Program-made: the position numbers and the translations under genes
IMG/VR virus record: IMGVR_UViG_3300046786_000121
Coordinates: 1 to 64,000 of that record
Source of the DNA: a virus
Strand: one strand, 5' to 3'
DNA: 64,000 bases
Part shown: piece after piece, positions 9,201 to 17,700 of the stretch
How the letters are laid out: each line of letters begins with the position of its first letter
How positions within the stretch are numbered: the stretch's first letter is position 1
Notes under the pieces: model-generated
Databases searched by the model: none
The model's input: the letters and a program-made list of their open reading frames with translations, nothing else
What the model was told of the DNA's origin: nothing

Positions 9201-11709
9201 TGCTAACCCCGGCGACAGCTCTGCAGAAGGCGGATCTGGCTATGTATTCGTTACTAACTCGTCACAGGGTGGAGATGCAACTAGAGTTCAGCTTGCTGGC
9301 TCTGATGAAAATACTGCATCCATTTATAGAGGAATGAGACTACTAATTGGTAGAGGAACAGGTACTGGACAATATGGTTATATTGCAGACTACGACTTTA
9401 CCGGAAAGTATGCCTACATTGGTAAAGAGTCAATGCCTCAAGTTACTGTCACGCAGACTGCATCTTCTGGTAATTTATTAACTGTTAGCAGCACTGCTCA
9501 TCTAACAATTAACGATCCTATTATTTTTAGCGGGACAAAGTTTGGTAATATTGCTGATACAACAGTTTATTATGTAAAAACTATTCCAACATCAACTTCG
9601 ATAACAATTAGTGCATCGTCCGGAGGTTCTGTATTTGGATTAATTAACGGAACAGGATCAATGACCCTGCACTCTGTTGGTTGGGAACATTTAGTTGAAG
9701 GCACACCAATTTTAAGTGCCTTGGATAGCAGCAGTAATTATTTTATTGAGCCAAGGATCACAATTAGCAGTCCAGGATTTACAACAACTAGTTCAACAAT
9801 GCCTGCAAATAGGCAGTGGACTAGTGTTGCCGCAGGTCCTGATAGATATGTTGTTGTAGCGTTAGATACTAACGTTATGGCATATTCTATTAACGGTACA
9901 GCGTGGACGCAAGGCACAATGCCTGTGCAGGCATTATGGACAAAAGTAAAATATGTCGGCGGATTGTTTATGGCATTTGCCACAGGCGGTCAGGCAGCAA
10001 GATCCATAGACGGAATTACATGGAACTCAATGACTATGCCAGCATCTACTTCTGATTGGAGAGATGTTACATACGGTGCCGGTAAGTGGGTAGCAGTAGC
10101 AGGTTCTACAAACAAGTCAGCTTATTCCACAGATGGATCAACCTGGACATTATCAACACTTCCAGAAGGTGCAGATTGGAATTCTATCGAATACGGAAAA
10201 GGAAAGTTTGTTGCTACCGCAATGAGCGATTCTTCTGTATCAGGAGCAGCAACAGCGTACAGCACAAATGGAACTGATTGGACATTAGGTAATATCACAC
10301 AAGGAAGTTATTCGTTAGCATACGGTAACGGAAGATTTGTTGCATTGTCCGGCGGCTATGCAGGTGCAACTGAAGTATCGATCAGCTTTGACGGTATTAC
10401 CTGGACTGAAAGTACAATTCAAGCACAGGACTGGAGAGGTATTCAATACGCTCAAGGATTATTTGTAGCGATTTCTACAGGAAGTTCTACAGTTGGTTTG
10501 TCTAAAGATGGTAAAGTTTGGACATATCAGGATCTTGGTGCTACCGGACCATGGTGTACTATTACATTTGCAAACATTAGTAAACCGGGATCATTCTTAG
10601 TAGTTGGAGGTTTAACAGCTAACTCTACAGCCGCAAGATTGATTGCTACAGGTAGAACTGCTGAAGCTAGAGCAACAGTTGTTTCAGGAAGAATGGCACA
10701 AATTAGTATTTGGGAACCAGGTAGCGGATACACAAGTCCACCTGTTATGACAATCACTGATCCTAATAACAGTGTTGAAGTATTCACAAACGTTAGAATT
10801 GCAAATGGTGTTATTGCTAACCCAACAATTTTAGTCGCTGGTGAAGGGTATGAAACTCCAAGTACACGAGTTACTATTGTCGGTAACGGATACAAGGATC
10901 AATACCAAACTGGATCATATCTTGTTGTTGAAAATCTAACTCGTGTTCCAGGTCCTGGCGATAACGTTGAGATTGGTGGAATCAACGATTACACTTATAA
11001 ATTGTTAACTGCTGAAGTATTGAGTGGTACTGCACCGAACATTACAGCAAGACTAACCATTGCTAAAGATCTTGGACGTGAAGAAAGTCCAGAACACGGC
11101 ACACCGATGGTTATTAGACAGTTGTATAGTCAAGTTCGTTTAACAGGACATGATTTCTTAGATATGGGATTGGGTAATTATATTGAAACTAACTATCCAG
11201 ACACATTAAATCCTGTTGGAACTGTCCTTGCTCCAGAAGACGAAGTTAGAGAAAGAAACGGCGGTCGTGTATTCTACACAAGTACTGACCAAGATGGTAA
11301 CTTCCGTGTTGGAGAACTGTTTGCTGTTGAGCAGGCAACAGGAACTGTTACATTGAATGCACAGTTCTTTGAACTAACAGGTTTGGAAGAATTGAGAATT
11401 GGTGGATTTACAGTAGGTGGTTCGGGTGTTGTTATTAGAGAATTTTCAACAGACCCAACATTTACCGCAGATTCAAATAACATTGTACCGACACAACGAG
11501 CAATCAAAGCATATATGAATGCTAGGGTTTCGGGTGGTGGAGCTGATGCGATTACTGGACAGATTACTGCTGGTATTGTACAGATTGGACCAGATACAAT
11601 TACAACCACAACGGGCGAAGAATTAATCTTTGATGCAAAGGTTAATTTTAGAGGTGGTATTGGCGGAACTTGGTTAGCACAGAGCTTGTATCTCTCATCA
11701 GGGGGTTAA
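6250..11709 (+). CDS. Giant modular fibre protein (8 CBM5/12-like repeats, pectin-lyase-like region, helical domain, beta-propeller)
   Basis: 1819 aa; W.G.W....Y...DVV.YGG..Y.C...H repeats, SPYVQNVTNFG...DFTQV beta-helix-type segment, YS.DG.TW propeller blades. Confidence 0.75.
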   Translation: MAEFKLGRLKYTWQGAWSAHSRYNPDDVVSYGGKVYTSLETHISNADFYNDLEYYNNDIPPLLSPKWELMTEGVSWLGEWTPDTYYKVGDIVKQGGTVYLCAVAHTSQPDVSTFDLDIQHWTVQLVSKNWAADWAVETFYTVNDVVRYGGRTYRCNTSHLSAGGIAEGLEASSSYWDVFSVADDWKGNWTIATRYKANDVVKFGGNVYRCEVSHTSAISADLGLAADQGKWSLVYQGIENVGSWQPSTVYKLNDVVKYGSYLYKATEFHTSGPTFAVAKFEVYCPGQEYDVVWDELTLYQPGDVVSYGGNLYTSQTVHTGAIPSSSTNTWVLLFQGARMRGDWVLSTEYRLGDVVRRGGNIYSCLLDNVGQDPDFLDDDSTTNSTYWDLIIPGIKWRGVWTPGETYWAGDTVVWVSSSYRCLDKHSSNDGNRPDDDGTIGATLEGRYWAKITDGNIINRLKNVGDIRTYGATEDGSTIGFKALSVGDQGQTLTSVSGENSWEYLQNSDKVYYVAEYGEDIPTAGTSPQSPWRTIRYATEQITGYATIFVRTGDYEEVLPIRVPAFVAVVGEELRSTTVKPVENLLDAGYIEVISNVAAQLELLINRVILEQPVGDEILNVPDLTLYGEVPQNFAGTPATTSETISVSTLLGLFKNRIDNQINASITGTLDASANANVINAAAQITNNLDFIKNEIRLYAEQNFFDSTLAALPARWESDVERIVNAISYDLTYPGNYKTVEASTYFINASTPARNKASNMFLMRDGTGLRNMTLLGLEGELGDINSLGTRRPTAGAFVSLDPGFGPSDTSAWVGTKSPYVQNVTNFGTGCIGFKIDGDLHGGGNQTMVSNDFTQVLSDGIGVWANGTGRTECVSVFTYYNHIGYLATNGGKIRGTNGNCSYGTFGAVSESYNTAETPITASVNNRYYEADVYQAIVGPDAGLQKLFFGNAGTGYSTGTMTVTGSGINASLTMDEFRDGGIQEIRIANPGDSSAEGGSGYVFVTNSSQGGDATRVQLAGSDENTASIYRGMRLLIGRGTGTGQYGYIADYDFTGKYAYIGKESMPQVTVTQTASSGNLLTVSSTAHLTINDPIIFSGTKFGNIADTTVYYVKTIPTSTSITISASSGGSVFGLINGTGSMTLHSVGWEHLVEGTPILSALDSSSNYFIEPRITISSPGFTTTSSTMPANRQWTSVAAGPDRYVVVALDTNVMAYSINGTAWTQGTMPVQALWTKVKYVGGLFMAFATGGQAARSIDGITWNSMTMPASTSDWRDVTYGAGKWVAVAGSTNKSAYSTDGSTWTLSTLPEGADWNSIEYGKGKFVATAMSDSSVSGAATAYSTNGTDWTLGNITQGSYSLAYGNGRFVALSGGYAGATEVSISFDGITWTESTIQAQDWRGIQYAQGLFVAISTGSSTVGLSKDGKVWTYQDLGATGPWCTITFANISKPGSFLVVGGLTANSTAARLIATGRTAEARATVVSGRMAQISIWEPGSGYTSPPVMTITDPNNSVEVFTNVRIANGVIANPTILVAGEGYETPSTRVTIVGNGYKDQYQTGSYLVVENLTRVPGPGDNVEIGGINDYTYKLLTAEVLSGTAPNITARLTIAKDLGREESPEHGTPMVIRQLYSQVRLTGHDFLDMGLGNYIETNYPDTLNPVGTVLAPEDEVRERNGGRVFYTSTDQDGNFRVGELFAVEQATGTVTLNAQFFELTGLEELRIGGFTVGGSGVVIREFSTDPTFTADSNNIVPTQRAIKAYMNARVSGGGADAITGQITAGIVQIGPDTITTTTGEELIFDAKVNFRGGIGGTWLAQSLYLSSGG
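6283..7600 (+). repeat. 8 tandem CBM5/12-like (chitin-binding type 3-like) repeats
   Basis: Eight W-x-G-x-W...Y..(G/N)D.V..GG units counted in the translation. Confidence 0.65.
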
Positions 11710-11736
11710 GAGTTTAATGCTAATAAAGTTTTTGAA

Positions 11737-11742
11737 TAAATA
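11737..11742 (+). promoter_or_regulatory. T4-like late promoter (TAAATA)
   Basis: Intergenic ATAAATA upstream of the 2750-aa fibre gene. Confidence 0.55.
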
Positions 11743-11771
11743 TGAGTTAATGCTTGAATATGGAGCTATAA

Positions 11772-14700
11772 ATGGCTGAATTTAAACTAGGTAGAATTAA
11801 ATTTGTATGGAAAAACAACTGGGTAACCGGCCAAACATACTATAAAGACGATATCGTCGCATACGGTGGACGCACATACCTTTGCGTGGTAGGACACACC
11901 GCAGCTGGAGATTTCTATACAGACTTGGACAATGTTCCAACTAAGTGGAATCAATTCAGCGATGGCCAAGCCTGGAAGGGCGATTGGACCGGTACTACTC
12001 TGTACAAAGAAAATGACATTGTCAAATACGGTGGATATGTTTACATTTGTAATAATGGACATACATCGTCTGCAACATTAGAAGTCAATCAAGACGATTG
12101 GGATTTATTTGCAGAAAGTTTTGATTGGAAAACCAATTGGGCTACTGGAACTACCTATAAAGTAAATGACCTAGTTAAGTATGGTGGTCTAGTATACCTA
12201 TGTAAAACAGCCCACACATCAGCAGCTACAGCTTCATTGGGTTTAGAGTTAGATCAAAGCAAATGGGATTTATTCTCAAAGGGTGTTGATTGGAAAGGCA
12301 CATGGGGATCTACTACAAGATATAAAGTAGGTGATTTAGTTAAGTACGGCGGAGTTACATATGTTGCTAACGCAGGACATAACAGCCAAACATACTTAGA
12401 AGACGATCAATCTAAGTGGGATTATTTTAATCAAGGTATCGAATTCCAAGGTACCTGGACAGGTACAACACGTTATAAAATTAACGATGTTGTTAAAAAT
12501 GGTGGCGGCACATATATTTGTACAGCTAACCACACAGCAACTACAAGTTTTGTAAGCGACTATTCTAACTGGGCACAGTTTGTCGAAGGCGTTGAGTTTG
12601 AAGGCGATTGGACAAGTGGAAACACTTATCAACCAGGTGACGTTGTACGTTACGGTGGTAATAGTTATATTGCTAAAAATGCACACGTGGCAGGATCTAC
12701 ACCTCCAGCAACACCATTTGATTGGGACTTGTTTACAACTGGTTTCAGATTGCAAGGCGATTGGAGTTCTGTTGTAACCTACAAGGTAGGTGAAATTGTT
12801 CGTAACAAAGGATTTACTTATGTTGCAATTTCAGATAGTACAAACCAAAAACCGCCCAGCGCAGCATGGTCATTATTGAATCAAGGTATTGATTGGGAAG
12901 GTAACTGGACTGCTGCTTCTACCTATGTTTTAGGTGATGCAGTTAAGTATGGACCAAACAGTTATATCTGTGTTCAGGCACATACTGCAACAACTGGAAG
13001 TGATCGTCCTGATAATGATATTACAGGTACATATTGGAATCTATTAACAGCCGGTAATGAAGAAAGCGTACTAACAACTAACGGTGACTTAGTTTACTAT
13101 TCAGGAAGCGGCCCTACTCGTTTACCAATCGGTGACGAAGGACAGGTGTTAACCGTTGAAAGTGGATTGCCTACATGGAAATACTTTGGTAAAGTTAAAA
13201 ATGTATTCTATGTTGCACCTCACGGTACAAATACTCCAGCACCAACATATGGTTCTACAATTGACAAACCATGGGCAAGTGTACGTTATGCTTGCGAACA
13301 AATCGAAAATGGCACAGAATATCCTAACGCAGCATATTTGCTAAAGCAAAACAGAACATTTATTCAGCGTGAAATTTACGAATGGGTAACATGGAACATT
13401 GCTAACCCGTCTGGTATCTGGACAGGCTTTGTAAATGACAACGGTGCATATTGCCAACGCGATATGGGATTAATTGTTGATGCTATCATCCACGATTTAA
13501 CACATACTGGTAACGTTAAGATTATCGAAGCTACACAAACTTATTTCAATGCAGCAGGTACAGCGTTGATCACAGCTATGCAGGACGAAGGTCCACAGTT
13601 AGTAGCTGCCGTTAACTACGGTGTATCGTTAATCAACAGTGTATTGAACAACACAGCACCTGCAAGTAACTATCAGACATTAAATGGTATTGGTAGTCCA
13701 ACAAAACAGATTATTGATTCTAACTACACAGCAGAAACAGACGCTGCTGATGTATGTGAAACATTGGCAGCTATATTAACTGATGCAGTAACAGCAACTA
13801 CTACAGTTGGTTTACCAACTCTCGATTTGCCTAACTACACAATTAATATCAAGACAGGTCAATACTATGAAGTATTGCCTATCCGTGTGCCAGCAAATAC
13901 AGCAATTGTAGGTGACGAATTACGTTCTGCAAGAGTTAGCCCACGTGGTAAAGTTGTTCCAACTAACGACAAAGCAAAAACTATTGCAACACTAACACGT
14001 TTACAGTCTATTACCGATGAAATTATCACTAATACTTCTGTAACTCCTACAAGTGGAAATACTGCAACACAATATACCAGCTTACAAAAGGCAGGTAGTA
14101 CAGGAAGTTCTACAGCAGTTAGCTCAGTTGTTGCTAATGCGGCAGAAATCAAAGATATCGTTACTAACGGACTTGGTTCTGCAGATGCTTATGTGTATCC
14201 TGATCCAACTGGTTACGATACTGGTTATTCTAATGCACGTAGATTGATTCTTGCAAACAAGGCATTCTTAGTTTCAGAAGTTAGTGCATGGATCAATGCA
14301 CAAATTTCTGGTAACATTAGTCCGTTTGTAGGATTCACATACAGCGGAACAAGACAAACAAAGTGCGAACGTGACGTTGGTTACATTGTTGACGCATTAG
14401 TCTATGATTTAACATACGGTGGTAACCTAGCAACTCAAATTGCTGCTCGTTCATATTACAGCTACGGAGTTTTTGTTGAACCTACAGCGGAAAAAGCTCC
14501 AGCACTAGCAGTTCAGGCACGTATTAAAGACATCATTGATAACATTGCTACAGGTAACACAGCAGGTTGGACAAAGACTACTGGTCTATCTCAAGATGTT
14601 AGCGGTACACCAGGATCAGCAGGTGCAGCATCATTTGCACAAGCTCGTATCCAAGAAATGTACGATACTATCGATACTGGTACTGAACCTACTACAATTG

Positions 14701-17700
14701 CTCCAAGTACAGCATGGGTAGCCGCAGCATTAGTAACAGCAAAATCATACTTGGATGCTGCAAAAACAACAGTACAATCAGATGCTGTACAATATATTAA
14801 GAGAGAGTATCCAACTCTAAACTTTAACACTACTACATGTTCGCGTGACGTAGGTTACATGGTTGATGCATTAGGATATGATCTAATGTTTGGTTCAAAC
14901 TTCTTATCCATCCAAAGCGGAATGGCTTATTATAGAGGTTTAGAAAGTACAGGTATTGTTTTAGCATCTCAGAAAACTGAAACAATTGCAATTATTGATT
15001 TTATTTCCAAGAAAGCATCGTATGCTGTTGCTAGTGGCGCAGTAGTACAAGCTGATAATCTATGGACCGATATCATCAATTATGCTAATACTGGAACACG
15101 TCCAATCATTGTTGGTACAAACACTCCTACAACAGATGTTGATATCATCAATGGTGGAAAAATTCTTGAACTTAACAAAGAGTTCATGGTTGCTGAAGCC
15201 ACAGCATATATTGCAAACACATTTAAAGCTACTGTAACAGCATCAACAGGTGCAACTGATACATTTACATGTGGATCACAGACTTGGATGGTTGCAGGAG
15301 ATGCTGTAGTATTCACTGGCACAACATTCGGTGGTGTTAATACAACAACAACCTATTATGTTTTAGCTAGCGGATTAACAGCTACAACATTTAAAGTTTC
15401 GACATCATTAGACAGCACAACACCAGTCGACTTATCAACAGCAACTGGAACAATGACTGTTAAGTATTCTTACAATCAAGCATCTTGCGAAAACGATGTA
15501 AGACATTATGTTGAAGCAATTTCATATGATTTGATGTACACAGGTAATTATCAATCTGTTACAGCAGCACGTTTCTACAGAAATGCCTTAACTGGTTCTA
15601 AACTAGAAGATTTCTACCTAGTAAGAAATGGTTGCGGTGTTCGTAATCAAACATTAACTGGACTAGATGGTACATCCGACGGTGATACCACAGGAGCAGG
15701 AGATGCAGACGGTCTAACTGTAGCAAATGAATATGGAACACAACGTCCATTAGCTGGCTCATATGTTTCATTAGATCCAGGTTGGGGACCAAACGATAAT
15801 AGAGTTTGGGTAACAACACGTTCTACATATGTACAAAACGTAACAACATTTGGTACAAGTTGTGTAGGACAGAAAATCGACGGCTCTTTACACGCAGGCG
15901 GACAAGATTCTATCGTTTCAAACGACTTTACTCAAGTATTGAGTAATGGTATTGGTGCGTGGATCACTAACTTAGGTCGTGCAGAACTTGTTTCTGTGTT
16001 TACATACTACAATCACATCGGCTATTTGGCTGAGAATGGTGGTAAGATTCGTGCTACTAACGGTAACAACTCTTACGGTACCTTTGGTTCTGTATCTGAA
16101 GGTATTGACGTTACAGAAACTGCAATCACTGGGCAGATTAACAATAGAAATACCGAAGCAGATGTTCGCCACGTTATTACAAACGGTAGCAACGTGTTAT
16201 TATACGAATTTGGTAATGCAGGTTCTGAATATGCAAGTGCTACATTTACCACTTCTGGTTCAGGAACAGGTGTTGCCACAGTAGCAAACGAGTTCCGTGA
16301 TGGCGCAGTATTCCAGGTTAGATTAACAGATCCAGGTGATTCATCTGGCCCTGGCGGTACTGGTTATGTTACTGCTGCTAACTTAGCACAAGCAGGAAAC
16401 ACAACTCAAATCACATTAGCTGCTGCTGATACAGCATCTAGCACAGCATATGTTGGAATGAGCATCTATGTTGTATCTGGTACAGGTGCAGGACAATACG
16501 GTTACATTAATACATACAATTCTGGTTCTAAGATTGCTACAGTTTATAAAGAGTCAACAGGAACAGCAGGTTGGGATCATGTAGTTCCAGGAACAGCTAT
16601 TGCTTCAGCACTAGATGTTACTTCTAGTTATGAAATTACACCTCGCTTATCATTCACTGCACCAGGATTTACTAAGTCCTTAGCTGATATGACTGTTAGT
16701 GCAGGATGGAGCAGCGTAGTTTATGGAGACGGTTACGGTGTTTACACTGGACTATCGGCTACTGGCGGATCTGGTTCATTGGCAACATTTAATGTAACAA
16801 GAAGAAATGGTGTTTACACTGTATCTATTCTTGCAGGCGGTGCATTATACACTACTGGAAACACATTAACTATTGTAGGAACTAGCTTAGGCGGAACAAC
16901 ACCAGCTAACGATTTAACAATCACTGTTGGTACAGTTTCTACACCAAGCGGTGCTATTCAAACTATTTCGTCAAGCGGAACAGCGGTTACTCCTAAGTAT
17001 GTTGCTGTTGCAAATGGATCTAGTACAGGTGCATATTCTTTAGATGGCATTACATGGACTACAATGACAATGCCAACAGCATCTGGTGATAAGTGGGTTG
17101 CTGTAACATACGGTGTTTATAATAGCATTGGACGTTATGTAGCAATTGCTAAAGATACGGCAGTTGCAGGTTATTCGTTAGATGGTATTACATGGTCTAC
17201 AGCAAGTGCAGGACAATCTGCAGACTGGGCAGACATTACTTACGGTAATGGTACCTTTGTTGCAGTAGCTACTACAACTTACAGAACAGTATCAAATGAC
17301 GGTGGCGCAACTTGGGCAGCTGGATCAGTTATGTCTGGTGCAAATTATGTTGCATACGGTGGTACACGATTTGTTGCAATTGCTCCTGGATTAACAAATT
17401 CAGCAGCATATAGTACTGCTGGTACATCTTGGACTACAGTAACTTTACCATCGAACGATGATTCGACTACATCCTCATGGAAAGGTCTAGCATACGGTAA
17501 TGGTAGATTTGTTGCAATTTCTGATAACTCTGGAATGGCAGCATATTCGTTAGACGGTGCAACCTGGACTAAGAGTAATCTTCCAGGCATCTACGAATGG
17601 AGCTCAATCGGATACGGTCAAGGTCTGTTCTACGCAACTACCTTAGGCGATATTGCAGCTAGCTCACCAGACGGTGTAACTTGGACAGTTCGTGATGGAT

